From Candidatus Hodarchaeota archaeon (GTDB lineage Archaea; Asgardarchaeota; Heimdallarchaeia; Hodarchaeales; Hodarchaeaceae): a stretch of 64,000 nucleotides of DNA. Both the position numbers and the translations under genes were made by a program. Below are positions 18,798-29,824 of this stretch, piece after piece (the stretch's first letter is position 1; each line of letters begins with the position of its first letter). The DNA lies in the NCBI GenBank assembly GCA_016839815.1, contig JAEOTM010000066.1, forward strand, positions 1 through 64,000. Reading direction: 5' to 3'. A model generated the notes under the pieces. That model was given only the letters and a program-made list of their open reading frames with translations. It made no database searches and had not been told where the DNA came from.

Positions 18798-19412
18798 GTG
18801 ATATTAATGTGGACTGTGTCTAAAAGGTCTCAACTTGGTAGAATGATAGTTATAAGCGTTGTTTTTACAATTCTTTGCTTTAATTATATGTTAACGCAAG
18901 TTCAGGCTTCTCCATCAGGAACAACCAGTGTTTCTGATTTGTATCCTAGTTTATTTGTTACTAAAGATGTTGATAACTCAGAAGTAACATTAAATGAATC
19001 ATTTGTTGTAACAATTACGATAACTAACTTTGGAAATAGTACAGCGTATAACATTACTTTTATTGACACTTTGAATTCTCCTTGGGTATTTAAAACAACA
19101 GGGTTGACTGAACTCACTTACAGCTGGATCGAACCCAACCAAACACGGAGATTTAGTTATATTGTTACTGCTTTATCTGTTGGAGAATATGAACTACATT
19201 CTGCTAAAGTATATTATCGAATATCAGATCTTGTGGATACAGAGTTTTTAGCTTACAGTAATTCAGTTTATATTGTGGTAAATCAATTAGAAGAAGACTT
19301 CTCATTAGAAAATTTCAATTCTGCTGTTACTTTCTTACTTGTACTAATAGTTCTTAACATTGTACTTACTCTACGACTCATCGCACCAAGATTTAATCGA
19401 AGAAAGTCTTAA
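18798..19412 (+). CDS. TRAP-beta (SSR2)-like / DUF11 Ig-fold type I membrane protein
   Basis: Signal peptide; LFVTK...ITNFGNSTAYNITFID...IEP..T..FSY...GEY..HSAKVYY pattern; C-terminal TM plus basic tail. Confidence 0.7.
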   Translation: MILMWTVSKRSQLGRMIVISVVFTILCFNYMLTQVQASPSGTTSVSDLYPSLFVTKDVDNSEVTLNESFVVTITITNFGNSTAYNITFIDTLNSPWVFKTTGLTELTYSWIEPNQTRRFSYIVTALSVGEYELHSAKVYYRISDLVDTEFLAYSNSVYIVVNQLEEDFSLENFNSAVTFLLVLIVLNIVLTLRLIAPRFNRRKS

Positions 19413-19448
19413 TCACTTTTTGAAGGATGAAGAATCTAGGGCAAGAAA

Positions 19449-19997
19449 ATGGAAACTCCCGTGCCAGCTCAATTAGTTGACAAGCATGTTATCGTATGGA
19501 ATCACGAGCAAGGAAGTAAAATTTATCAGTTGGGGTATTTTGGAAAACCAGTGGGGATAAGAAAACCGAAATCCCCGAGATTTGAAAGACCTCTGGAACT
19601 AACGTTGCTAGAAGCCGCATTTCTACTAGAAAATAACACTATAAAAATCAATGAGGGGGAAAAGGAAATTTCTTATTCTGATTTCTTATCTATCTGCCAA
19701 GATCGATTCGCAAAATTTGAGGATCTTTACACAGTGTACAAGGATTTACGGAATAAAAGATATATTGTACGCCCCGGTCTTAAATTCGGAACTGACTTTT
19801 CTGTATATCGTAGAGGGCCAGGCATTGATCATGCGCCATTTCTTGTTTCTATATTCCCGAAAGAATCTACTATAGAACCAATTGATCTTGTTAGAGCAGG
19901 TCGATTAGCAACATCTGTGAGGAAAAGATATGTAATTGCTACTGTTCTTTCAGATCAACAGATTCGCTATTATGTATTTCAATGGAATAGACCTTAG
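19449..19997 (+). CDS. endA: tRNA-splicing endonuclease, catalytic subunit
   Basis: VYKDLR, GLKFGTDFSVY, catalytic Tyr/His (IDHAP)/Lys (SVRK). Confidence 0.92.
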   Translation: METPVPAQLVDKHVIVWNHEQGSKIYQLGYFGKPVGIRKPKSPRFERPLELTLLEAAFLLENNTIKINEGEKEISYSDFLSICQDRFAKFEDLYTVYKDLRNKRYIVRPGLKFGTDFSVYRRGPGIDHAPFLVSIFPKESTIEPIDLVRAGRLATSVRKRYVIATVLSDQQIRYYVFQWNRP

Positions 19998-20006
19998 AAA
20001 AAAATA

Positions 20007-20663
20007 TCACTCAAACGCAATTGAATATATCCCGACTTGGGGTTCAAAAAACTCACCAGATTCTAATAACTCAGTAATTGCATCATAAATCTGAGCTTCA
20101 TCAATTTTTGGTAATTTTGCCATAACTTCATCCATTGTGACGCCACTACCTTTATCTAATTGCTTAACTAATTTCTTAAGTTTGATCTTTAAATCTTCTA
20201 AAGACGCTACTCCAAGATCAATTCCTTCAACGACTGCAGATTTTACAGTGATTTCTGAATCAGTATGACGACCCTGTTGAACTATCTTCAATCGATGATA
20301 AATAAACCAATTATCATCCATAATATCTTCTATTATATCAGGGGTAATAAAAACATCAATTTTCTCATCTTGCTCAGATATTTGCACCTGTCCAAGGATC
20401 TCGACCTTATCCCATTGAGAAAACGACTCTAATTGTCCATCCCAAGACTTTACCAATATTCCTCCACTTCCATCTTCGACTTTTAATCCAAGATAGTTGT
20501 TTTGCCCCTCATATTTCTCTGTTATTACTCCTACCATCCATATTCGAAATAAACTTGATCCATCTGAAGTTCTTAATCGCCAACGTTCTTCATTGTCTTT
20601 AATAACCTCTGAACTAGTGATGGTTTGAATTTTTATCCGTTTATAGGGTGCACGTCTTTTCAT
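20007..20663 (-). CDS. RPA32/RPA2-like OB-fold + winged-helix protein
   Basis: OB fold (RIWMVGVI...EDGSG.I..K.W) and C-terminal wH ending GEFFEPQVG. Confidence 0.75.
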   Translation of the reverse strand: MKRRAPYKRIKIQTITSSEVIKDNEERWRLRTSDGSSLFRIWMVGVITEKYEGQNNYLGLKVEDGSGGILVKSWDGQLESFSQWDKVEILGQVQISEQDEKIDVFITPDIIEDIMDDNWFIYHRLKIVQQGRHTDSEITVKSAVVEGIDLGVASLEDLKIKLKKLVKQLDKGSGVTMDEVMAKLPKIDEAQIYDAITELLESGEFFEPQVGIYSIAFE

Positions 20664-20686
20664 CTAAACCCTCTCATATTATAAGG

Positions 20687-21136
20687 TTACTCAATCCATG
20701 GTTCGTTAATAAGATCATAGGATACATAGTCTTCTTCTTGAAATAATACACCTAACTCATACAAGGCTCTTTCTGGTTTATCCGATGAATGGAGAATATT
20801 TTTTGTTAAATCATTTCCATAATCACCGCGGATGGTTCCAGGTTCAGCTTCTGGTGAATTAGTGACACCAGCTAATTTTCTCACTACTTTGACACTGTTT
20901 TTCCCTTGAATTGCAATGGCAACTAATGGTCCGGAAGTAATAAAAGAATTTAAAAGCGGATAGAATACTTTATCAACATGAATGTCATAGAGTTTGTCTA
21001 CATAATCATCTGTTAACATCATCATTTTAAGAGCAATTATCTTTAGGCCCTTTCTCTCTATACGGGAAATAATTTTGCCTATGAGCCCTCTTTGTACCGC
21101 ATCTGGTTTAATAACCAATAAAGTTTTTTCAGTCAT
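20687..21136 (-). CDS. ndk: nucleoside diphosphate kinase
   Basis: IKPDAVQR, PGTIRGD, NILHSSD. Confidence 0.97.
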   Translation of the reverse strand: MTEKTLLVIKPDAVQRGLIGKIISRIERKGLKIIALKMMMLTDDYVDKLYDIHVDKVFYPLLNSFITSGPLVAIAIQGKNSVKVVRKLAGVTNSPEAEPGTIRGDYGNDLTKNILHSSDKPERALYELGVLFQEEDYVSYDLINEPWIE

Positions 21137-21545
21137 TTTATTGCACGAATCCTAAACCAATTTTCAAATCTAATGATTTCTTATTATTTGGGAGGAATTA
21201 TATTGGGGCTTAAGAAACTACTGTAAGGAAGAAGATGTAATATCTCGATATCTTATGATCTTAAATCTCTGTAGAGATTGAACTACTTAGTAATTTTTAC
21301 CTTTTTCATATATAAACAACTTTTCTGATCCCTCAACGAAATTTGCATTGAGAATATCTACCGAATAAATATCTACATCTCGTAATAACCTCACTGAATT
21401 TATGATTCTCTTTTTAGTAGTGTAATAACATTGACATTTTTTATTAACCTAAGCTAAAAATTGCTTCATACTAAGAAAAGACCTGATTCTTAACACAGGT
21501 CGAATGAATTCGTAGTAAATGAACTCTTTTTAATCAAAATATAAG

Positions 21546-23996
21546 GTGAAAACAGTGTTTACAACTTTTTTAGATTTAGAATTCATTGAACAAGCAACCC
21601 TTGGTGTTGTAATCATTGTTGCTATTATTTCCTTTATCTATTCATGGTGGCTTCGTAAAGATGTTTTAAGCCATGATAAAGGATCAGAGGAAATGCAACA
21701 AGTATGGGAAGCTATCAATGAAGGAGCAAATGCTTATTTGATGCGCCAACTAAAAACCATTCTTCCTATCGTACTTATTCTAACCGTTGCACTATTTTTC
21801 AGTGTATACTTGGTACATCCAACCAAAGCAGCTAAAGATGAGTTTTATTATTTAGCCGATCCAACCTTAATCATTGCTATAGGTCGTACTATCGCTTTCA
21901 TTATGGGAGCATCATTTTCAATGATGGTTGGCCAATTTGGAATGCGTATCGCAGTTCAAGGAAATCTGCGGGTCGCAGCAGTTGCTGCTAAAGCGACAGA
22001 TGAAGATGGAAATCAGCTAGATGTTGATCAAAGATACAGCAAAGCTCTTTCTGTTGCATATCATGCTGGTACAGTAACAGGTATGCTTACTGACGGGTTT
22101 GGACTACTTGGTGGAACAATGATTTTCATAATTTTCGGAACAGCCGCTCCAGATGCATTGTTAGGGTTTGGTTTCGGAGGAACTATATTAGCTCTATTCA
22201 TGCGAGTTGGAGGAGGAATTTATACGAAAGCAGCTGATGTTGGGGCAGATCTTGTTGGTAAAGTCGAAAAAGATGTTCCAGAAGATGACCCAAGGAATGC
22301 TGGTGTCATTGCAGATTTGGTTGGGGACAATGTTGGTGATTGTGCAGGTATGGCTGCAGATATTTTCGAATCATACGAAGTTACTATTGTCTCATCCTTA
22401 ATACTAGGACTGGTTCTATTTGAACTCGATGGACGAATTGTGTGGATCATGTTTCCTCTAATTGTTAGAGCTGTGGGTGTTATCAGTTCAATTGTAGGTA
22501 CTTATGCTGTCGCGTTATGGAAGACTCCAGATGCAGAGAAAGCTATGTTTCAATCTTATGAGATTTCTAGTGCTATCACTATAATAACATCATTATTCCT
22601 TGCAACATTTTATGCAGGTGATTGGAGACTCGGTTTCCTTATCGCTGTTGGAGTTTTGCTAGCAGTCTCTTTCAACCCTATCACTGCTCGATTCACAGCA
22701 AAAGCTGGTGGACCAGTCGTTGAGGTATTTGAATCTACAGACGGAGGCCCAGCTACTACCATTCTTAGTGGTATAGCATTAGGATATGAAAGTAGTGTTT
22801 GGGCTGTTGTTGCTATCTGTGTTTCCTTCGTTTTTGCAATTATAACCTATGCGATTCTCCCCGGCAATACTGGATTACCTCTTATTGATGGATTAGCTAA
22901 TAACATTACTGTTGCCCCAAAAGAGATTGGAACAGCTATTCTTTATGGAATTGCGCTGATCGGTATAGGCATGCTTTCCCATACAGGAAATAATGTCGCA
23001 ATGGACTCTTTTGGACCAATAAGTGATAATGCTCAAGGTATCGCTGAAATGACAGGTATGGACAAAGAGTCGCGACATGTCTTAGAGGAATTGGATGCTG
23101 TTGGTAACACTACAAAGGCAATTACTAAAGGAATCGCTATTGCTTCCGCTGTTATTGCGTCAGTAAGTCTATTTGCATCTTTTGTTATAGATGTCGGACT
23201 TGTTGCTGATAACCTAGGCATTGACAGTCCTCTTCGGTTTGGATTACGTATTAACGTTCCCGCTGTTTTTGTTGGACTTCTTCTTGGTGCAGCTCTTCCT
23301 TGGATCTTCTCAGCTTTTAATATTAGGGCTGTAAATCGAGCTGCTGGTCAAACAATTGCAGAAGTTCGTCGGCAATTTAAAGTTCCAGGAATTATGGAAG
23401 GAACCAAGAAACCAGATTATGGGAATGTTGTGAAGATTGTAACAGCTGCTGCACAAAGGGAGCTAATCAGTCTGACTATCATCGCCGTCAGCGTACCCAT
23501 ATTCATGGCAATATTCTTCTCAATTGCCCTTGGAGCTGTTGAAATTCCTGGTGTTAATACAGCAGAATTGATCGGGTCTGGAGTCGAAGTTCTTGGTGGT
23601 TTCCAGGCGGGTATTATTGTCAGTGGACAATTACTTGCAGTTTACATGTCTAATGCTGGTGGAGCATGGGATAATGCCAAGAAAACGATTGAAGATGAAG
23701 TTAGAGATATAGAGAAAAATACAGGAAAAGGATCAGAACGTCACAAAGCTGCTGTTGTTGGAGATACTGTTGGTGACCCCTTAAAGGATACTGCGGGGCC
23801 AGCATTGAATCCTATGATAAAAGTAATCAATTTGATTAGTCTTATCCTAGCTCCGCTATTAGTCCAATCTACTGGCGATGGAAATCTTCAGATTACTTTA
23901 GCAGCTGTCGGTGCGTTACTTTTCGTCGCTTTTGTTTGGGCTTATAGGAAAAGTTCACGAAAATCAGCGATAACTTTCGACATTGACGATGAATAA
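21546..23996 (+). CDS. hppA: membrane-bound proton-translocating pyrophosphatase (K+-independent signature)
   Basis: [47 protein letters not shown]. Confidence 0.95.
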   Translation: MKTVFTTFLDLEFIEQATLGVVIIVAIISFIYSWWLRKDVLSHDKGSEEMQQVWEAINEGANAYLMRQLKTILPIVLILTVALFFSVYLVHPTKAAKDEFYYLADPTLIIAIGRTIAFIMGASFSMMVGQFGMRIAVQGNLRVAAVAAKATDEDGNQLDVDQRYSKALSVAYHAGTVTGMLTDGFGLLGGTMIFIIFGTAAPDALLGFGFGGTILALFMRVGGGIYTKAADVGADLVGKVEKDVPEDDPRNAGVIADLVGDNVGDCAGMAADIFESYEVTIVSSLILGLVLFELDGRIVWIMFPLIVRAVGVISSIVGTYAVALWKTPDAEKAMFQSYEISSAITIITSLFLATFYAGDWRLGFLIAVGVLLAVSFNPITARFTAKAGGPVVEVFESTDGGPATTILSGIALGYESSVWAVVAICVSFVFAIITYAILPGNTGLPLIDGLANNITVAPKEIGTAILYGIALIGIGMLSHTGNNVAMDSFGPISDNAQGIAEMTGMDKESRHVLEELDAVGNTTKAITKGIAIASAVIASVSLFASFVIDVGLVADNLGIDSPLRFGLRINVPAVFVGLLLGAALPWIFSAFNIRAVNRAAGQTIAEVRRQFKVPGIMEGTKKPDYGNVVKIVTAAAQRELISLTIIAVSVPIFMAIFFSIALGAVEIPGVNTAELIGSGVEVLGGFQAGIIVSGQLLAVYMSNAGGAWDNAKKTIEDEVRDIEKNTGKGSERHKAAVVGDTVGDPLKDTAGPALNPMIKVINLISLILAPLLVQSTGDGNLQITLAAVGALLFVAFVWAYRKSSRKSAITFDIDDE

Positions 23997-24029
23997 AATT
24001 CAAACTCCCCTGAAATATTCATCCTCCCC

Positions 24030-24045
24030 TTTTTTTCTTTTTTTT
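24030..24045 (+). terminator. oligo-T tract, likely archaeal terminator of hppA
   Basis: TTTTTTTCTTTTTTTT about 35 nt after the stop codon. Confidence 0.5.
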
Positions 24046-24172
24046 ATTACTTTATTCAATTCTCGAAACTAACAGGTAATTGGAAAGACTCAATAATCCA
24101 ATGAATAAAACCTTTAATGATTCTATTTTCGGTATAGCTGGACTAAGGTCAGTGGAAAGAGGTACTGGATAC

Positions 24173-24718
24173 ATGTATTATATGACTCAGATCCGTGAAA
24201 CAATACGAATTCCCCCCAACAGATTTGGCCAACCACTAGAAGAGGTTATTCTTGATATCTCAAGAACGAAGAATGAAACGACAATTGGAGGAGATGTAGG
24301 AATGATCGTCGCAATATTGGCAGTGAGTGAAATTTCTCCTGGTCGCATTGTACCTGGAGATGGAGCAACCTTTCACGATGTAGAATATGAAGCGATCACC
24401 TTTCGTCCTCTTGACGACGAAGTAGCGGAAGGTGAAGTTGTTGAAACCACCAAATTTGGATTTTTCATGCGAATAGGGTGTACTGACGCTTTAGCACATA
24501 TCAGTCAAATTGCCGACGAGTATTTTCAAATGTCTTCTCGTTCTTCAGGAGTACTTGTAGGAAGAGAATCAGGTAGGACGATTAGACCTGGTGATCTGGT
24601 TCGTGGAAAAATAATTACTGCTACTGTCGATCATGTGAGTATGAAAATTGCAGTAACGATGAAAGGTGAGGGATTGGGTCTTAAAAGCTGGATTGAAGAA
24701 AAAAAGGAGGCAGCATAA
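24173..24718 (+). CDS. rpo7: RNA polymerase subunit Rpo7 (E')
   Basis: IRIPP.RFG, IVPGDGA, S1 domain HISQI; start moved to MYYM. Confidence 0.93.
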   Translation: MYYMTQIRETIRIPPNRFGQPLEEVILDISRTKNETTIGGDVGMIVAILAVSEISPGRIVPGDGATFHDVEYEAITFRPLDDEVAEGEVVETTKFGFFMRIGCTDALAHISQIADEYFQMSSRSSGVLVGRESGRTIRPGDLVRGKIITATVDHVSMKIAVTMKGEGLGLKSWIEEKKEAA

Positions 24719-24913
24719 ATGGTTAAGATCAAGGCCTGCAAAAAGTGTAATAGTATTGTTCATGGAGAGGAAGTTTGCCCAATCTGTAAGACGCACAACC
24801 ATTTATCAAAAAGTTTCGTAGGAATGGTTATCATCCGAGACCCAAAAGATAGTAAGATTGCACGAAGATTAAACATTAGTCGTCCAGGCAAATATGCAAT
24901 CAAAGTCCGTTGA
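24719..24913 (+). CDS. spt4: transcription elongation factor Spt4 (RpoE'')
   Basis: KACKKC...CPIC, PGKYAIKVR. Confidence 0.93.
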   Translation: MVKIKACKKCNSIVHGEEVCPICKTHNHLSKSFVGMVIIRDPKDSKIARRLNISRPGKYAIKVR

Positions 24914-25493
24914 GGAATCAATTTTGGGATATAAACTCCCAGTTACCCTACGAGAGTCGCTTAGAGCCCCGATAGGCCAATTGTTTACTGGAGAGCATTC
25001 AGTTTCAGCCAAGAAGGCAATCGAATATATTCATAGTATAAATACAGGATTAACTGTTGCTATTGGTGATGTGTGTGCAAAATCTCTTCTTATCCAAGGA
25101 TTTTATCCCAATATCATAATTTATGATGAAAAAACTCAACGAACAGAGAACATCGTTTTAGATCTCGAATCCTATTCCATGTATAATGCATTTAATCCAA
25201 AAGAATGGATCTTAGAGAGTGCGAAATCTGAAATCAAAAATGCAATAGCTTTTTGTACTTCCAACAATTGCCGCATAGCAGTAAGGATTGACGGTGAAGA
25301 GGATCTATTAATTATCCCAGCGATAATTTTCCTACCTCTTGGAAGTGTTGTTATTTATGGACAACCTCCTATAACCACTGAAGAAGGCCTTGTGGTAGCA
25401 TTGATAACTTCCGCCCTGAAGGATGAAGTGCAAGATATACTAAATAAATTCGAATTTCATGAGGAATACATAAATGGAAATCACGATTACTGA
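24894..25493 (+). CDS. GTP-dependent dephospho-CoA kinase (DUF359)
   Basis: IGDV, DGEEDLL, YGQP motifs; canonical position between spt4 and rps24e. Confidence 0.88.
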   Translation: MQSKSVEESILGYKLPVTLRESLRAPIGQLFTGEHSVSAKKAIEYIHSINTGLTVAIGDVCAKSLLIQGFYPNIIIYDEKTQRTENIVLDLESYSMYNAFNPKEWILESAKSEIKNAIAFCTSNNCRIAVRIDGEEDLLIIPAIIFLPLGSVVIYGQPPITTEEGLVVALITSALKDEVQDILNKFEFHEEYINGNHDY

Positions 25494-25776
25494 AGAAAAA
25501 CATAATCCCTTAATTGGCCGAAACGAGGTCAAGGCCCTTATTACTCATCTTGGGGAGATCACACCCACCAGAGAAGCTGTCCGATCAAAGATAGCGGCAC
25601 AGATGAACTTTGATCTCGAACGTGTTGTAATCCAGGAAATCGTCGGACATTTTGGAGAACCAAAATCACAATTAATTGTACATTGTTATGATAAGGCCGA
25701 GGATGTGTCTGTTTTCGAGCCCAAGTTCCGTCTCAAAAGAAATAAAATCATTGCCGATGATCAAAAAGAGGATTAA
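25474..25776 (+). CDS. rps24e: 30S ribosomal protein S24e
   Basis: NPLIGR.E, TPTR, FG motifs; context. Confidence 0.92.
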   Translation: MEITITEEKHNPLIGRNEVKALITHLGEITPTREAVRSKIAAQMNFDLERVVIQEIVGHFGEPKSQLIVHCYDKAEDVSVFEPKFRLKRNKIIADDQKED

Positions 25777-25779
25777 ACA

Positions 25780-25941
25780 ATGCCGATTCGTAGAAAAGCA
25801 GTTCAATCATATTACAAAGTCGATTATAAGAAAGGTACAATTAGCAGAACCAATAAATTTTGTCCAAGATGCAAAGGATCTTTTTTAGCTAAACACAAAG
25901 ATAGAAAGTCTTGTGGGTTGTGTGGATACACAGAGTTCTAA
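25780..25941 (+). CDS. rps27ae: 30S ribosomal protein S27ae
   Basis: Not in ORF track. [15 protein letters not shown]...[28 protein letters not shown]. Confidence 0.95.
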   Translation: MPIRRKAVQSYYKVDYKKGTISRTNKFCPRCKGSFLAKHKDRKSCGLCGYTEF

Positions 25942-25961
25942 TTTTAAACTTTGACCTTAGT

Positions 25962-26954
25962 ATGACACCTTCCGAACCAATCATTTTGGGATTAGAAGGA
26001 ACAGCTCATACAGCTGGGGTAGCGGTAATCAAAGGCAAAGAAATTATTGCTAATACGTCTTCAACTTACTTTCCACCCCAGGGAGGAATTCACCCTCGGG
26101 AAGCCGCAATTTATCTAGCAAAAGAATTTCCTCAACTTATCGGTGATACATTCAAGGGATTACCTTTTGGAATTGATAAAATAGATGGAATAGCATTTTC
26201 TCAAGGACCTGGCCTAGGTCCATGTCTAAGAACAACCGCTACTGTTGCTAGAGCTATTTCTTTAAGACTCGGAATCCCTCTTCTTGGAGTTAATCATTGT
26301 ATTGCCCATGTTGAACTAGGAAGAACTATAACTCCAGCAGATGATCCTTTGGTTCTTTATGTAAGTGGAGGAAACACACAATTAATTACGTTCTTAAACG
26401 GACGGTATCGTGTGTTAGGAGAAACTCTGGATATTGCGATTGGAAACGCATTAGATACTTTAGGGAGAGAAATGAATTTACCACATCCTGGGGGGCCTCA
26501 TATAGAAAAGCAAGCACAAACAGGGCAGGAGCTTTTACCTCTCCCTTATACGATAAAAGGTATGTCTTTTTCATTCTCTGGTATGGTAACTGCTGCTAAG
26601 AAACTAATACCAAAGCATTCAACTGCTGATATTTGTTATTCTTTTCAAGAATACACATTTGCAATACTTGCTGAAGCTACTGAACGAGCTCTTTCTTGTA
26701 CTAAGAAAAAATCAGTTCTATTAACAGGGGGGGTAGCAGCTAATGCACATTTGCAGGAAGTAATTCAAAAAGTTGCTGATGAACAAGATTCATCATTTTA
26801 TGTCGTTCCGCGCAATTTAGCAGGTGATAATGGAGTGATGATCGCATTCGCAGGAACTCATCTTTTAAACACAGGAGAAATCCTTCCTATTCAAGAAAGT
26901 CAAGTTAAACCGAGATGGAGAACAGACCAAGTTCAAGTAGGGTGGATTTCATGA
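25962..26954 (+). CDS. kae1: KEOPS t6A synthase Kae1
   Basis: GLEGTAHT, GGIHPREA, NHCIAHVE, VSGGNT, DNGVMIA; start moved to MTPSEP. Confidence 0.96.
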   Translation: MTPSEPIILGLEGTAHTAGVAVIKGKEIIANTSSTYFPPQGGIHPREAAIYLAKEFPQLIGDTFKGLPFGIDKIDGIAFSQGPGLGPCLRTTATVARAISLRLGIPLLGVNHCIAHVELGRTITPADDPLVLYVSGGNTQLITFLNGRYRVLGETLDIAIGNALDTLGREMNLPHPGGPHIEKQAQTGQELLPLPYTIKGMSFSFSGMVTAAKKLIPKHSTADICYSFQEYTFAILAEATERALSCTKKKSVLLTGGVAANAHLQEVIQKVADEQDSSFYVVPRNLAGDNGVMIAFAGTHLLNTGEILPIQESQVKPRWRTDQVQVGWIS

Positions 26955-27604
26955 AACTAGTTCAGGCAGAAAGAATTGCTAAGGGGGCAGAGGCCGTAAT
27001 ATTCAAGGGGACATTTCTCAAAGAAGTAATTACAATTAAACAGCGAATTCCAAAGTCTTATCGACACCCAGAGATTGATCAACGGATAAGACTTCAAAGG
27101 TTAAGATCAGAAGCTAAAGTTATGACAAGCGCAAGAAAATTAGGCGTATCAGTACCGAGTTTGATGGGGATTGACCTTCGAAATTTTACACTCATTCTAG
27201 AATCTTTAGATGGAATATTATTGTACGAGAAAATGGATACACTCCCAGTTGATGAATTACATCCGATATTTTCGAATTTAGGAACTCAGATTGGCCTTTT
27301 ACATAAAAATGACATAATTCATGGTGATTTAACTGTATTCAATGTTCTTGTTCAACCAGAAGATGAACCTTCAATAATTGACTTCGGACTCGGTAGAATT
27401 TCAAATGAATTAGAAGCAAAAGCGGATGATATACTTACTTTTTATTCAACATTAAAAGCAATCCAACCAGCTTCAAAAATTCTCTTTAATACATTTTTAG
27501 AAGGTTATCTAAGTGAATATCAAGAGGGGAAGAAAACTTATGAACAAATGAAAAAAATTCAAAGTCGAGCACGATATGTCGCACGGGAAGACCGACTTGA
27601 ATAA
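26951..27604 (+). CDS. bud32: KEOPS kinase Bud32
   Basis: GAEA, K.RIPKSYRHP, HGDLT, IDFGL; ATG overlaps the kae1 stop. Confidence 0.94.
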   Translation: MKLVQAERIAKGAEAVIFKGTFLKEVITIKQRIPKSYRHPEIDQRIRLQRLRSEAKVMTSARKLGVSVPSLMGIDLRNFTLILESLDGILLYEKMDTLPVDELHPIFSNLGTQIGLLHKNDIIHGDLTVFNVLVQPEDEPSIIDFGLGRISNELEAKADDILTFYSTLKAIQPASKILFNTFLEGYLSEYQEGKKTYEQMKKIQSRARYVAREDRLE

Positions 27605-27627
27605 TACGATTATTTGGTGGAAAATAG

Positions 27628-28383
27628 ATGAAGTTCAAAATTTTTCATGAAGATCAAGAAGTACTTAATCAATGCAAGAGATTTATTGCTGGATGGCATG
27701 GTTTAGGAGAAATTGGTTATATCACCGTTTCTCACATGATTGAAGATCTCAAATTAAAACGAATCGCAACTATCATGTCAAGTGGAGCTCCCCCATTTAT
27801 ATCAGTTCAAAATAGTCAATTGCGATTACCTTTCGAAATATATGGAAAGGAAGACTATGATTTCGCGATTTTTATTCCTCACCTCCAGCCCTATCGACAT
27901 GTACAAATCGAGTTTTCCGAAAGGATGTCTGAATGGATACTAAAACAGAAATCTCTATCTGAAGCATATTTTATCGGAGGGGTTGATGCTCGATTAAAGA
28001 CTTCAGAAAATGATATTCAATACATTCCAACAAGAGCATTTTTACAATTAGTTAACCTGAATTCTGAATTCCACGAAGAGGTTAAAACAAACTTGCTTGA
28101 TCCAGGTTTATTCGTAGCAGGTCCTTTAGCCATTATGCTTGGGTATCTTGATATGAGTATGTTTCCTGCAGTAGGGCTTTTAGCATATGCCCAGAGGGAG
28201 CGTCCTGATCCATTAGGTGCTGTAGCTACTATTAAAAAACTGAACGAAATTTTAGATATCAATATTGATACAAATGAACTAGTACAGAATGCTCAAACAA
28301 TTGAAGAAGAGATTAAGCGTCAATTAGCTCCTATTGAGGAAAACCAAGCAGATAATCTCTCTACTAAGCGGATGTATACTTGA
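27628..28383 (+). CDS. PAC2 family proteasome assembly chaperone
   Basis: GWHGLGEIGYI, RPDPLGA, ELVQNAQTIEE. Confidence 0.85.
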   Translation: MKFKIFHEDQEVLNQCKRFIAGWHGLGEIGYITVSHMIEDLKLKRIATIMSSGAPPFISVQNSQLRLPFEIYGKEDYDFAIFIPHLQPYRHVQIEFSERMSEWILKQKSLSEAYFIGGVDARLKTSENDIQYIPTRAFLQLVNLNSEFHEEVKTNLLDPGLFVAGPLAIMLGYLDMSMFPAVGLLAYAQRERPDPLGAVATIKKLNEILDINIDTNELVQNAQTIEEEIKRQLAPIEENQADNLSTKRMYT

Positions 28384-28402
28384 ATAAATTTAAGTAGAAT
28401 AG

Positions 28403-29194
28403 CTACTTTCCATGACGTCGTTTTCGAGATTGATAAGTACGGATAGCTCTCCACAAGTCGATCTTTCGGAATCCAGGGAAAAATACATCTGCAAAATAAA
28501 GTTCACTGTATACAGATTGCCAAGTAAGGAAACCTGATAGGCGTTCTTCACCTGATGTGCGAATAATGAGATCAGGATCGGGTATTCCATTGGTATAAAG
28601 ATGTCTCTCAACCACCAACTCATTAATCTCTTCTACATCCATTTCTTTATTGACAACTTTCTTTGCAATTGATTTCATGGCATCAATCATTTCTGCACGT
28701 CCCCCATAGCCTATTGCGATAATTAGTGTCGGTCCAGACTTCTCTGTATCAGAACTGGTTTCTGCTCTTCTTATTGCCTGTTGAACTTTCATCGGGAGCA
28801 AATGGGTTCGTCCAATAACTTTAATCTTCACATTCCTTTTCTTTAACTCGGGATGGTCGATAAGTTCCTCAAAGGTTGATTCAAATAAATTCATTAATTC
28901 TGTGACTTCTTCATCTGTTCTCTCAAAGTTTTCAGTCGAAAAAGCGTATAGAGTCACATATTCAATCTCAAGATCCCAGAACCACTCAAGAATATCCTTC
29001 AACTTATCACGGCCAAGACGATGACCAAAAGTACTTGGAAGACGCTTTGCACGTGCATAACGCCGATTCCCATCCATAATTAGGGCAACATGGGTGGGGT
29101 GAATTCCTTCCTCAATACCACCCTTAATTTGATTCCATAACCTACGTTCATACAGCTTATAGATCAGTGAATCAAACCTTAAATTTATTTTCAA
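28403..29194 (-). CDS. uppS: cis-prenyltransferase (polyprenyl diphosphate synthase)
   Basis: HVALIMDGNRR, AFSTENFER, IRTSGEERLSGF. Confidence 0.96.
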   Translation of the reverse strand: MKINLRFDSLIYKLYERRLWNQIKGGIEEGIHPTHVALIMDGNRRYARAKRLPSTFGHRLGRDKLKDILEWFWDLEIEYVTLYAFSTENFERTDEEVTELMNLFESTFEELIDHPELKKRNVKIKVIGRTHLLPMKVQQAIRRAETSSDTEKSGPTLIIAIGYGGRAEMIDAMKSIAKKVVNKEMDVEEINELVVERHLYTNGIPDPDLIIRTSGEERLSGFLTWQSVYSELYFADVFFPGFRKIDLWRAIRTYQSRKRRHGK

Positions 29195-29362
29195 AACTAA
29201 AATCCAGCCTTTTCAATTGAGAGGATTTCGATTCAATATAAATTTATTAAGTAATAAAAATTTCTTGGAATCAATGTTCCGCAAGAAATTATGTGAACGA
29301 ATTAATATAAATCAAGAGTCCTAGGAGAGGGATTCTAATTCACGAATAAGGATTTTAGAAAA

Positions 29363-29447
29363 TGCGGGGGGTGAGATTTGAACTCACGAACGCCTACACG
29401 ACTAGGACCTCAACCTAGCTCCTTTGACCTGGCTGGGAAACCCCCGC
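29363..29447 (-). tRNA. tRNA-Leu(GAG), no intron
   Basis: GCGGGGG/CCCCCGC acceptor, anticodon arm CTAGG-TTGAGGT-CCTAG, long variable arm, TTCAAAT T-loop. Confidence 0.95.
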
Positions 29448-29459
29448 GCAGCAATATTT

Positions 29460-29822
29460 TTATCGTACAATAATCAAATATTCTTTAAATGGTAATTTGA
29501 ATTCTGATAAGACTTTTCCAGAGAACAAGCGGAATGTTAACCCACCAGAAGAAAATGAGTATATCTTTTCTTTTCCTACGGGCTTCGTTCTGTAGTTAAT
29601 TGCATTTAATGCTACTTTGGCATCTTTTAAGGAAGGAGTCTTTTTTTTAACTGCAACAACTTCAATCTGAAGATTCTTAGCATCGTGTAAATCAACAATC
29701 TTAGAGGGTATTTCCATTCTTCCTCTTAGTCCCAATTTTTCATCCCTGAAATCAATTAGCCAGAGATTATTATCAAAATCTTCCTCTAGTTGAAACACTT
29801 CTGCATTTATTAGCATGTTCAT
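29460..29822 (-). CDS. rpo8: RNA polymerase subunit Rpo8 (RpoG, RPB8 homolog)
   Basis: SFSSGGLTFRL resembles the RPB8 SxGGLLMRL signature; co-oriented with the Lsm gene as in TACK archaea. Confidence 0.72.
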   Translation of the reverse strand: MNMLINAEVFQLEEDFDNNLWLIDFRDEKLGLRGRMEIPSKIVDLHDAKNLQIEVVAVKKKTPSLKDAKVALNAINYRTKPVGKEKIYSFSSGGLTFRLFSGKVLSEFKLPFKEYLIIVR

Positions 29823-29824
29823 TC

